Shown here in pieces: positions 52,014 through 63,479 of a stretch of DNA of 64,000 nucleotides. Each line of letters opens with the position of its first letter. Positions within the stretch are counted from its first letter, which is position 1. The stretch covers positions 1,984,001 through 2,048,000 of the forward strand of contig JAUFOQ010000001.1 in NCBI GenBank assembly GCA_040285855.1, read 5' to 3'. The notes under the pieces were generated by a model. It was not told the origin of the DNA, searched no databases, and worked only from the letters and a program-made list of their open reading frames with translations. This DNA is from Eukaryota sp. GEM-RC1 (Eukaryota). A program made the position numbers and the translations under genes.

Positions 52014-53551
52014 GCTTCAAGCTTTAGATTTCTAGGTTGTTATCTTGGTTCACATGACAACATTGTTAAAGATCTGAATGTATATTTGGATTCAATGCGA
52101 AAAGAATTAGATCAAATTAAGGAATTACAATTGGAAAAACATCTCAAATTCTTTATGCTAAAAATTTGTTATTCAGGAAAAGTTACCCATCTGCTTCGAT
52201 CTCTCCCCCCTGTACTTACCTATAACTTCTGTAGAAGCTTTAACAAAATTCGTACTGACTTTCTTGCATTTTTTGTTATCAGTGGATCCTGCTGCTTTGA
52301 ACAATCACATCTTCTCAGATCCTCATCTTGGTGGTATTGGTTTCACTTCGTCTAAATGGTGGACCAAATCTGCTTTCATTGGTGGTGGTAAGAATTTTGT
52401 CTTTGAGTTCTGTAGACGGTACCCAAGTCAAGAAAATCTTCTTGTTTCGACAAGTAGTTTTTTCTTGGTAAATTTGAGATCAGAATTGTCACTAATTTCA
52501 CCTGACCTCTGGCAAACTTGTTTTCCAGCAGATATTTGTGAAATACCAGAACGATGTGTCACCTCGTTAAAATTTGCTCTTAAGAAACTCCAAAAACACC
52601 TTTTAAAACATTTTGAATGTCTGGATTTTAAAATTCGACTTGGCTCGGCCAAAGAAAAAAATCCAGCTTTCGCAAATTTTTAATCGATTTAAAGGACAGT
52701 TCTTCAGTTGCTTTGATTAATCAAATTCCTCAGATCTATGGTTTGTTGTTGAATGATCATCAATGGACTACAACATTCAGACTTCGATGTTTCTTGTGGC
52801 CCTCTAATTTACCCAATGATCTTCAATGCAAATATGGTAAATTAGTTACTTTTTCTCACCTTTTGAGTTGCAATCGTTTCATTACTTATAGAACTTGTAT
52901 TCATGATGCTGTTAGAGATCAAATTCATGCAATGTGTAAGTCCTACAAAATCGAATCTTTCGTTGAGCCACTGTTGAGATCACTGGAAATCAATAATTCA
53001 AAAAATAGTGATTCTGATAAGACTTTTGGTAAACGAAGAGCTGATGTTATAGTTCCATCAGTTAATGATGAACTAACCGTTGTTGATGTGATTACTGTGG
53101 ATGTTTGCAAAAAAGTGCTTTCAAGGATGCTAAAAATGAAGTTTCTCCACTGAATTCTTCAGAACAGTACAAGAGAAACAAATATGATGAACCACTGACT
53201 GCGCTCAAACATATTAGACATGTTGAGTACAAATTATGTCCTTTTGCGATTTCAATTTATGGTCGACTTGGTAGAGATGCTCTTTGTTTTCTCTCTGATT
53301 TTGAGAAAGTGGTCAAAAAAAGAATGAACAAGAAATTTGATTTCAAATTTTGGTTGAATCGTATTGTTTTTACAATATTTAAAACAATTCCCATCATGAT
53401 TTCAAAATCTCTATTAGCTCTCAGTGTTTTTTATGAAGAAAAAGCTGATGTGAGTTTTAATGGCAATGATTGTTGCTTTAATGATATTGAATTCTAGTAT
53501 TTGTGTTTATTTTAGTGTTTTTGTTCTATAAAATAATGACTGGAAAAAAAA
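52014..53551 (+). mobile_element. 5'-truncated CRE-like non-LTR retrotransposon (end of RT, zinc knuckle, restriction-like endonuclease)
   Basis: FRFLGCYLG, THLLRSLPP, PHLGGIGF, C...HLLSC, IHDAVRD, RRADV...VVDV, EQYKRNKY, PFAISIYGRLG; A-tail at 53544-53551; TSD ACATGTGACAC at 52003-52013 and 53551-53561; three frameshifts. Confidence 0.88.
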
Positions 53552-54524
53552 CATGTGACACACGGATTGTGTTGTATTGTTTGTAATCAAATATTTTTCT
53601 TAAATAAAGTACATAACATTCTATTCAAAATTTCATAGACTAAACAACTAAAACCTGATGTCATGAAAACACCACCCGTCGCTATCAAATCTTGCAACAG
53701 CTTTGTCCTCATAAAAGGAACTCACAGCTAACAAAACATTGGAGATGATTAGGGAAATTGTTTTACAAGTAGTAATAACGATACGATTCAACCGTAACAT
53801 ATGCTCCATACGTTTGTTTATCCTATTTGTGACTATTTTTCTGCAATCGTTTTAAAAATACAAATTCACTGCACTGTTTCATAAACGTCAGTAGATTGAA
53901 AATGAAAGCCATATGAATCAAGACAGCAGATACATCATTAGCCACAGAAAGTAATCTGAACACATTTTGAAATGTTGTACAAAGTAAATTGCAATCGGAG
54001 AGTAACTTTTGTCTTTTTTAAGTTGAAAAGCATGGATAAAAACGCATGCAACAAAAAACCTTCTAACGCAAACACACGGTGTGGCAATATCGTAATCCAT
54101 GTGATACACGACCACAGCGGTGGCAGTGTGGCCCTATTCAGAACTAATCAAATTCATCGTAATCCTCATCCTCATTCCCAATTCAATAACAACATGTTGT
54201 TGGACAATCTCTTCCTCAGTATGCTCGACAGAAAGATCTTTTCATAAATCACAATGTGAAGCACCGATTTTCCATGTAAATCCTTTTGCTTCTTATACAA
54301 TGGAAGCAGATGTTATGATATCCTGTTTTAGAAGTGAGAGACATTGTTGTGCATCGGATCATGTTGTATAAAACACCACTTAAACCACCGCTTAAATATA
54401 GGTTTTTGAATCACGTTATCAACAAGGAATTCGACAGTGTTATGCGTATACCAATGAAATAATTTTTGATGGATGTACAAAAATGTACAAGATATTTATG
54501 AATCGAAGACATCCTAACCCATGA

Positions 54525-55955
54525 TGTTTAAACTTGGCAAGGTGTTATAAGTACTCACTCAGATGAAACTGTAATGAAGAAGTTGATGTTTATTTTCCAA
54601 TGAAAACTCAAAGTAACATTTATGATAGTTGAGTAGTTCGACCACAAGATAGAGTTTATGGACTATTTAGGCTGCTCATTTATGTCTTCCAGATGTAATA
54701 CGTGGAGTAGGAGCACCATTGAAGAAGTAGATGTCTGTGTATGAGCTGTACTTTGAGATTGTCCTAATTACAGCAGGAAAAGTCATTTTAACGAAGCGCA
54801 GAAAGAAAGTTTCTATGTCACTGGTAAATTTGATAAGGCTACGATATTTCCAATAATTATAAGATATGTCTAGACCTGTGCAATCGACTCAGATAGTCAA
54901 CTAAGTCGACTCCGCTACATCAGTCGAGTCGACTCTTTCTCAAGTCGAGTCGACTAAAGTCATTTATTACATTGCATCAAATTACACTACATGTGGTTTA
55001 TAGATATTATCTTTTATTAAATAGTTCAATAAAGAGTACTGAAAACAACACCAATCGACTTTCGTCTTTGTGGTTAATTAATTGAGTGTAGTATGTTAAC
55101 AACGTTACTACATGTAGTACTGAAGTGATTTTTGTTACACCAATGTCTTGTTTCTCCTCTATGAATGTGTTACCTCCAACAAAGACCTGTAGAATTCCAA
55201 CTGCACCAAAGTAAAGGCCGCTATCCAATTCTCAGTGATTTGGCTGAAGAAATTTTGGCAATTCAGGCGACCACATCATGTGTCGTTGGTAATTCTATGA
55301 AAGGTATAATATAAGTTAATAAGATCAACATAATTTGGAAATTTGCCAAAATTGCAGGTAACAATTTAAATGTAACCGTTTCTAGTTCAGCAAACTTGAA
55401 GATATCTACCACTATCATATATAGAACATATTATATTTTGAATTCGATGTTAAAATCTCTCCTGAAACTCTGAATCGCTCTCAATTTAACAAGATGATGT
55501 TTTTTGTGAGCAAAGACAAGCCGTTCCAATAGCATTAGAAGACCTAAAAGCTGCAAACGAAAACATTATTGGTCCGAATGAAGTATGTAGAATGTGGAAG
55601 TCTCTGTACGAGTCAAAAAGTATCTCTACGTTCCATTCCATGTAAGGAAGCATACTACATAGCGAAATTATTTGTCATTCAAGCGTGTCAATCCGTGAAG
55701 GATGTTTCAAATGACCAAATGCTTGCTGACAACGTTGCAACTTTTGTTGTTCAGCACCTCACTACTGATAACTTGAAACGATATGAGAGAGGGAGAGCTG
55801 AAAGAAAGATCCTTCTGAAGGACATCGAAGGATGCATCTTGGCTGGTAATCATCACCGATCAAGTCAGGCAAACTTAACAGAAACCGCTCAAGCTAACTT
55901 CTCCAACAACATGAATGTTGAAGATAGTCATGTTTAGGTAGTTAAATCAATTTTG
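54525..55955 (-). repeat. Inverted copy of 13380-14820, including the hAT remnant that starts at 54871
   Basis: Reverse-complement similarity; TAGACCTGTGCAATCGACTC terminus; RYPILSDLAEEILAIQATTSC. Confidence 0.85.
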
Positions 55956-56349
55956 ATAGTACTCCTTGAGACTTCGTTCAAACCATCCCCCAAATTAAGA
56001 GCTCCTGGTCACTCTGCGAAACACTGTGTTTCCAAAGACAACAGTTCATATGGGAAATGATTAAAGTGTCATATCGGTCGAATTCTACCAAGATGTACAT
56101 AGGGTGTTGAGGCTGGGGTGTTGTTTTTCTAAAACAAAACAGTTCTCGGTGGTCCAAACAACTTCTTAAGTGTGATGGTTGGAGAGGTACACGGCAAGAT
56201 AAAGCTTATAGAGCCTGGATTGATAACCACTGCGAGTGAAAAACATCCAGTGTTCAAGCTCAACAAGCTCACCATGACGTATCTGAATAAATCTTGTTTT
56301 CTGAGGAGTGGGTAGTCGAAATGGTTGCCCAAGCCTTTCATCACTAGAA

Positions 56350-57110
56350 ACTATAAATCAAAGTAGCAATGAACAAGAATCTAATCTTGTTGGTTTTGTT
56401 GAAATTCGAAATGACACACACTTTGAGAAAAGTCGGGTTAAATCAACCGTTGGTTTAATCTTCTGCAATAATCCTTCTTGCTGTAAATCTTCAGAGCCTT
56501 AAGCAAAGACAACAGGAAAGAAAACTCTAACTACCGTTTGCGAGGAAAACACCTAGATTTGCTCACAAAAAACAAACAAGAACGAACAGTACTGTCTATA
56601 AACCCACTTAATCGACTCCCATCCAATTTAAACCAACCTACTTGTCACCTCCTACCTGAAAAACAGAAACAGCTTCTATACTCCGTAATATTATTAATCA
56701 AGACCTCGCCTACAGTTTTACCACCCCAACTAAAGGCAGTGATGCACTACTCAAGATGCTAAAAGTACTTGACAGTCGTGTGAAGGTTCTGTCGGCCCGG
56801 CTCACTGTTCAAAAGCATGTGATTAAGGCTTGCTGTGAGCCTAGAATCTAAGAACTCTTGAGCTTCCGAAATCCCTTCTATGTCATTAGAAACACCTCTT
56901 CTGCTCCCAAATATGACTACCAATAGCCAATGTAATGCCAATGCAATATTTCCCATCCCTGATTGTATTGGATATCACAAAAAGAAATATATTTCAAATT
57001 ATGAGGAAACGCTCTCTGTAAATGACAAAAGACATCATCTTCAGTCCCTTAACTCTGACACTTCCTCAGTGATGGACTTTCCTGTACTGCATTATGGCTT
57101 GAGTGTGTTG
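56350..57110 (+). mobile_element. Possible highly decayed gypsy gag-protease remnant
   Basis: FCNNPSCCKS (compare FCRDPECKRS), INQDLAY (compare ITQDIAS) and MDFPVLH (compare IDCEPMR) occur in the same order as in the 34-35 kb element; weak. Confidence 0.3.
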
Positions 57111-57145
57111 TAGCTAAGTTGTTAACTTTCTCATTTGTTTTCTCG

Positions 57146-57990
57146 ACTCTTTTACTCGTATTCATACAACGCACACTTCAACTTTTTTAAACTGAAGACG
57201 ATACAAAAAAGCAAAAATTAAAATTATAAAACCATGATAGATTTTTGATTTAAACACCTAATCATATTTAGATTTAAAAAAAGAATACTCAATACACTTA
57301 CCTTAATTAACGCAACAATTGTTCTAACTACAGACTAGAGAAAGCTAAATCAATAATGAAATTTGCTTTCACTATCGTGATTTGATGTCAGAACTGAACG
57401 ATAATTTAACAAATATTCAAGTAACAGCAGCAAACCACACGATGATTCTCAATTAGTCCCTTCATTTGGGGGGTGTTTAGGTTGAGGTAAAATTCTCTTA
57501 ATACTTAATCTAATAAACTTCTTGATGTTGAATTCATCATAAAAAGTGCGAGTTAGGGTGAAACAGCATCAGCAAAACGGTAAAAGAGAACAATCTAGCG
57601 AGAGACGAACTTATTACCAAGAGTAGACTCAGCAAGGTTTGAAACCTCATTCGTGTTGTTGTTTCATGTAAGTAAGTATAGCGAGAGTAATGAATAGAAG
57701 CATGTCGTAATCTTCAACGATGATGGCGAGGTGACTGTTGAAGAGAGGTTTAGCGTAGGCAAGGAGTTCAGAAGCGAGGATCATGACTGAGGTTGTTCCG
57801 TCACCAACTTCTTCATGTTGGGTTAGCGCTAGTTCGATTTTAGTTTTGAAGCGGGAGAAACGACGTCGATTTCAAGAAGGATGTAGTAACTAAGAGTTTA
57901 GAGACTAGACTTAGAGAATAGATAGGGGTGAAGGATTTGACAAGAGATTTAGTTTCGCCGACGATAGATTTGTGTTCGGAAGTGGAAAAC
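57146..57990 (-). pseudogene. CCT3: CCT-gamma fragment repeat module, copy 4
   Basis: ILLEIDVVSPASKLKSN / QHEEVGDGTTSVMILASELL; downstream flank most similar to copy 1 (about 6470-6745). Confidence 0.7.
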
Positions 57991-59086
57991 TGTCAGTGTG
58001 TGGAAGATGGATGGGGTGTGTAACGCAATGTCTTCAATAGTAACTGATACCAGTCGAGTTGAACTCAGGAATAGTAGTACAGGATGACGTTGTGAGGAGT
58101 ACTGTCTGTAGACATGATGTAATACTAGTAGGTATTGATGCCGAGATTATGTTTTTGAAAGACATATTGTTGTGTTTCAGACCAAATCACTATGGACCAA
58201 CACAATATAACGTGAATAGAAACATACTGATTGTTCCAGATTTTGGCCATGGATTGTGCGGTTTGCATACAATATTTTCGATCTTTGAAAACTGTCTAAA
58301 TCATTTTTTTCTTCATAAGAAAACGGGGTTTCTGATCAAGCAGTGAAATAAATGCTTTTGGAAAAATTTGTATCATATAAAAAAGCCAATCAAAAATTTG
58401 GTTAGTTAGTGTGGACCAGATAATACTCCTCATCTATATTCATATTCAATAAGAACTGACAATTAGTACAGCTCAAAGTAGTGAGACGCATTGTTTCAAA
58501 AACAGTAAGAACTCAATCATTCAATTACTCAAACTGACCAATGTGTTTGTTTATATTCATTCGCACATTTTTTGAGCAATCATTTAAAAAGCGCAATACA
58601 CTTTTTCTGCAACGACCGTAATTTGATACAAACAGAGGACAGAATGCGTAAAGTGCATGTCTTACGTCTTGATGCCGTTAAAGATTTTTGAAACTTATCT
58701 TGATTGGCTACAGTAGTTGTCAATTTTTTAAAAGGAAAGTATCAGATCCAGTGATCTTTCAGGTTATTTAATTTGCAAACATCCACAGACGCCACATTAA
58801 CGACATACAACATGTCTGAACAATCAGAAACAACAATATATGCTCTCTATTTACAATAGAATTGTTTTATTCAAGCACTTATTGCAATTGTATGATTATC
58901 CAATATACTAAGTGTAATGTATATTTCTTATGACAACATATGTGTCGGTCCGTGTCTCAAAGAACTTTACGACCTAGAATCTACCAGCAGTGAGTCAATT
59001 GACACATTCTAAAGCGAAGCAAATTGATTACAGAAACATAAAGTGAGAATGTGGTGAGAAGTCGTCAAGAATCAATAGCAAAATTG

Positions 59087-59689
59087 TCATATTTCTTTAG
59101 AAGCAATTAATCCAAAGTGATAAGGTTCAATAACAAAGGGGTGTTTGTGTATCGCAAAAGGTAAGGTTTTAAACTGTTCGAGAATATCATTAGGTGTTGG
59201 ACGAATGTCAAGATCAGGACCCCTCGGAGTGGAAATGTCGCTGCGCCAGTGAATGACTCCCACTTTCCCACCAGGCTAGAGTTAAAAGATCTTGATTGAA
59301 CTAACCTTGAGTACTCTGAAGGCTTCCTGCAGTAGAACTTCAGGATTTTCGAGATGAAGGATGTTGAACAGCATAATGTAATCAATCTGTGCTTCCTCCA
59401 GTCCTGTTCCATGTTCAAGAACGTCTCTGATTTCAAGATGTACATTGTTTATCCCATTTGCCCGAATTTCTTTGCTAACAACAACAGCCATTTCTTGTTC
59501 TATGTCAAAAGCATATATTGTGCCGCTTATCCGCTGCGCCGCTGGAATAGTAAAGGTTCCGTAACCAAATCCAATCTCTATGAGGTCATGAACGTCAGAG
59601 TCAATCTCCATTTTTGTTAGTATCCCAGAAACATCAAAGAAGGAGGCCCAGACTTCTTGTTCAGGTATTCCGCTTTCTCTGACTTTCAT
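59087..59689 (-). CDS. Class I SAM-dependent methyltransferase, bacterial type, 190 aa; join 59306-59689 and 59087-59275
   Basis: Motif I LIEIGFGYG, IYAFDIE, DYIMLFNILH; removing the 30-nt GTTAGT...TTTAACTCTAG intron (59276-59305) restores EAFRVLKPGGKVGVIHWRSDISTPRGP...PYHFGL, ending at TGA 59087. Confidence 0.9.
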
Positions 59690-60069
59690 TATGCGACTAT
59701 TGTGACAGGTGATGTAGACTTAGAAACTGTAAAATTGATTATGATGACTCTGATGTGGAGTTGTCCTTCACTATCGATTTCACCTTTCTTGACATCAGTT
59801 CCATCGGGACGTCTTTTCGTACCTGTTTTTTGTATTTCATTCGTCCCATTTTATCTCTGTATCCTCATGTGATCTTCCATTCACTCTTTACTCGTGACTG
59901 TTCTTCCCTGTCTTTGTCTGTTCGTGACACTTCATGTCTTGGTCGTCAGTACTCTAACACAAACTTCAGGCATGGTTGTTGTTCTAAGTCATATATATAT
60001 AGACCTAACCGGCTAATTTTGTCTGAGTGCCTTTCGTGATCTTCTTCATTCATGTTTCTAGACTTGTTA

Positions 60070-60640
60070 CGCCGTGGGATGTCTTCTCCTACTCTCTTTT
60101 GCTGTTCATTCCTTTATCTGTCTCTGTATCCGTGCGTGTACTATCAATCACTCATCTCTCGTGATCACTTCATCCTTGTTTCTTGATGTCTCTACTCATC
60201 TTTTTCGTCACTACTGTACCATATGTTTCTGGAAATGATGTATGTTCTTCTTAATACACGCTTAGCCTTGGATTATTAGCTCTACTACATGTGTATCATG
60301 CGTACTCATCTTATCTTGTTCAACTGACATTGTCCATACTATTGATCACGTGATCAATACTTCTTGTCTGCTCTTCTGTTTGTCTATGTCTCTTGATGTT
60401 CTTCTGTGAACTTGATGGTCATCTTAAAGTTGTCTCTTTTGTGATTGATTACCAATCCAAAATTGCTTAGCTGATTTAGTATCCAAAACAGAATAATGAA
60501 AGTAAGTTTTATTATGTACTATCGATTTGCAAATGCATTTATTTCACTGATTGATCATAAACCCCGTTTTTTTGTACTATCGATTTCTTTTTGCCTACCA
60601 CATTTTTACGATCTTAATATTCCCTACAATAACCTCAGTT
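60070..60640 (+). repeat. Repeat family U, direct copy
   Basis: Similar to 12335-12900. Confidence 0.75.
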
Positions 60641-60827
60641 CACTTGCTGCTTTGGAAAACTCAATCCAGCATGATTTGAACTCTTTGGGTTATATATTAT
60701 CGAAAAAATAGGCCTCATCTAGGCGACACAGTTTAGTTGTCACTTTGTAAAATTGTATTAAAAAACTACACAAAGTCTTTGATTCGGCAGGCGTCTTTGG
60801 CTTGTAAGAAAGTATTTAATTATTATA

Positions 60828-60860
60828 CCGTATTTGACGAACGTAGATTACGCATCAATG
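60828..60860 (+). mobile_element. Orphan pogo/Tigger-like TIR
   Basis: TA|CCGTATTTGACGAACGTAGATTACGCA resembles the CCGTATTT...ACGCA class of pogo TIRs; no partner found. Confidence 0.35.
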
Positions 60861-62129
60861 CCTGAACCCGTTCATATTTTATGTTTGCGTGTTTTAGTAT
60901 TCTGGAGAGATAGGAATAGAGACTCCTCTATGTAGAACATTTCTAACAAAACATTGCAGTTTTCGGAGAAATGCAGAAGAATCCTCATCAATTTTAGCTA
61001 TTAAAAGTTTCACTTCGGCACTGTTCACCAACAGGATTGAGCGACCACTAGGAAGTGTGTCACGAAGCTTTGTGTCCAGCGAGAAAAAGAGGACTGAGGT
61101 TTTCGAAAATACAGAGCCACAAGAGATCGTGTTGTTTGTAACGTACACGGCCCTAGCTCTAGTGTCGTTTGAATAGGTATCCGTTCCACCCGGTGGCGTC
61201 ACCTCACCCAACTTTTCCAAATTTCACCTGGGGCACCCAGACTCTCTTGCTTACCCGATGTCACCCAGTGTCACCGGGTCAACATAGTGGGAAAATAAGA
61301 CAATGTGTAACACTCACTTTCACTTTACCGTTCTTAGAACTGAAGCAGAATTGACGTAATATATAAATTGTGGTTGGAATGTATATAAATCTAAGAACAA
61401 TTCAGGAATGACGTTCAATCCTTCAAACATAATCTCTCACATGATAACTTATCCAAAATGGACATCGTTTGTTTTCTTTTAAAGAATGCAGCCACTGAAA
61501 ACAACGATTCTGATGTTGCAGAAATGGCATGAAGTGCAAAAAAAATCTCTGGCTAAGGAAGCACATCCAGCACATCTTTTCTCACTTTGTTTCCACCACA
61601 ACAGAACATCAAAATCATCATCAAAAAACGAGTGTCTAAGACTATCGTCATAAACAATAAGAAGTTGAAGACGAATGGCTTATAGTCTTTCAATACTACT
61701 AGTATTGGTTTCATCAAGTTGTCTACAAACGGAAGAAGATCCAACAAAATCTTCACTGTGACTCAGCAGCCATCTATGATGTATATGGATAAACAATATC
61801 AGGGTAAACGTATTGACAAGTGATCTCAAAGTTTAAGATGAAGGTTCATTGGCCAGGTATGAAGAGTATCCTTGTTTTTTTTGCTTGTTTTTTAAAGTCT
61901 GTTAATAAAATACATAACTCTTTGTAAAATTGTTTAATATACAAATCTATACCCCATAATGTACCAAAAAAAGCATACTTTTAATTTTTCTCAGTGCGAA
62001 TATAATCCAAACAAACTTTACACATTATTTTATTATTTTGGGATAATTGAATTTCTACTAGTCAACTGAAAAACACCGTTGCAATTCTACCATTGTTATT
62101 GCATTTCTACCATACATGCTTATTCACTG

Positions 62130-62560
62130 GGAAGAACACCTTTCATTCCCTTTAGAGCTTAATATGTCTTACAATTGTAAAGATGACCTTCAACTATCTA
62201 TATATCATGACGCAATAAAAGCTTGGAGTGATGTACATACAACTCACAGCGATTCACGTCGTGAAGACGGAGCGTTTACCATTACAGCCTTTGAAGAACA
62301 CACTTGTCGTAGACTTGCTGATACTGTAACACTCACAGTCAAAACAGTAGGAAGATCCCAACTGGACATGACAAACTCGACGCCACTTCACACTCCCGAA
62401 AAGCCAAAGAAGTTTATGACATTGATCTTACACCGATCAAAGCCTTACGAGGTGTACAGGAACATGAAAAGTTGATATTTGGTGATGCGACTGAATCGTA
62501 TGCATCTTTAGAAAAGTACATCCCATCTCTTCGACAGTCAGACGTTCCTAATTCTATTAA
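62130..62560 (+). pseudogene. MULE N-terminal (MuDR) fragment
   Basis: DGAFTITAFEEHTC and LIFGDATESYASLEKYIPSL parallel WEIRKFVDHIASC and LLYGSLDTSYTFLEPFFQSL of the intact MULE. Confidence 0.55.
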
Positions 62561-62609
62561 TGGGTTAATGAAAGCAACAATATACAAGGTTACAACTGTT
62601 ATATCCATC

Positions 62610-63080
62610 TTCACACAACACCAACATTAAGAAAGTCAAGTACTGGTGGAAGAATAAAGATTCTTTAGTTAATGTGCAGTTCAGTGATTGTCTTTTGAAG
62701 GAAGCTGCCGTTTCTAATGTGAGATACACACTTGTACTCCCAATGATTAAGGGTATGAAAGAGATTGTGTTCATCCATCCTATGAGGCCATCGAACGACA
62801 AAAAACATCTTTGTGACACTCACTTAGGTGAAGCATCGGAAGAAATCAGCTATCAAAGCAGACTGTCTATCAGAACTCGACAAACTCTAACAACAGATGC
62901 ATCAACTACTGCTAATAGGACAATGGTTTGATTTGCGTCTGTTACACCAAATGGGTCAGTATTTGAAGGTATCCAGACCAATCCAGGTAAACTTACTACA
63001 ACTGTCAACATCGAAAGAATGATGGAGGAACAACTGGCAAATATCAGTGCTTTGCAGATTGTTACTATCAGACATAAATA
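62610..63080 (+). pseudogene. Possible pogo-like HTH transposase fragment
   Basis: KVKYWWKNKDSL and RLSIRTRQ resemble pogo N-terminal motifs; weak. Confidence 0.3.
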
Positions 63081-63479
63081 ACATCATCTAATGTTGTTTG
63101 TTGACTCAAAACTGAATCAATTTGCATGGCGTTCTGCAACATCTGACAATAAAATATGGCTTTGACACGAAGTCTTGGAAAATGGATATGGTATGCGCTG
63201 CTTGTGCTGCGGATTCCTCTAGTTCAGAGTGTACTCGCTGAGGGAAAAGCCACGTTCTGAAGCCTCCAAACTTCAAGAAACTGTCAAGCATAATTCCATT
63301 CTTGTTTATAAATTAACAGTTGATAATAAAATTTACTTTCATTATTCTGAATATTAAAAGAGAGAAACATTTTTAAATTGACAAGTGGTCACAAAGAGAA
63401 AAACTTGAAGATGACCACCATGTTCACAATAGAATATCAAGATATATTGATTAGCATAAGATTATACAAGAAGAATCGA

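Noticed and set aside
55569..55937. Histone-fold-like protein (RKILLKDIEGCIL)
   Set aside because: The frame is not conserved in the inverted paralogue at 13451-13690. The region lies next to a hAT remnant and the similarity is only a few residues.
58059..58346. OTU/cysteine-protease-like fragment (VPDFGHGLCGLHTI)
   Set aside because: A single weak motif, no ATG start, and it overlaps the edge of a repeat module.
59087..59689. Bacterial contamination as the source of the methyltransferase
   Set aside because: The gene needs removal of a GT-AG intron of the same style as the host introns, has no operon neighbours and lies among host repeats. Read-level confirmation is still desirable.
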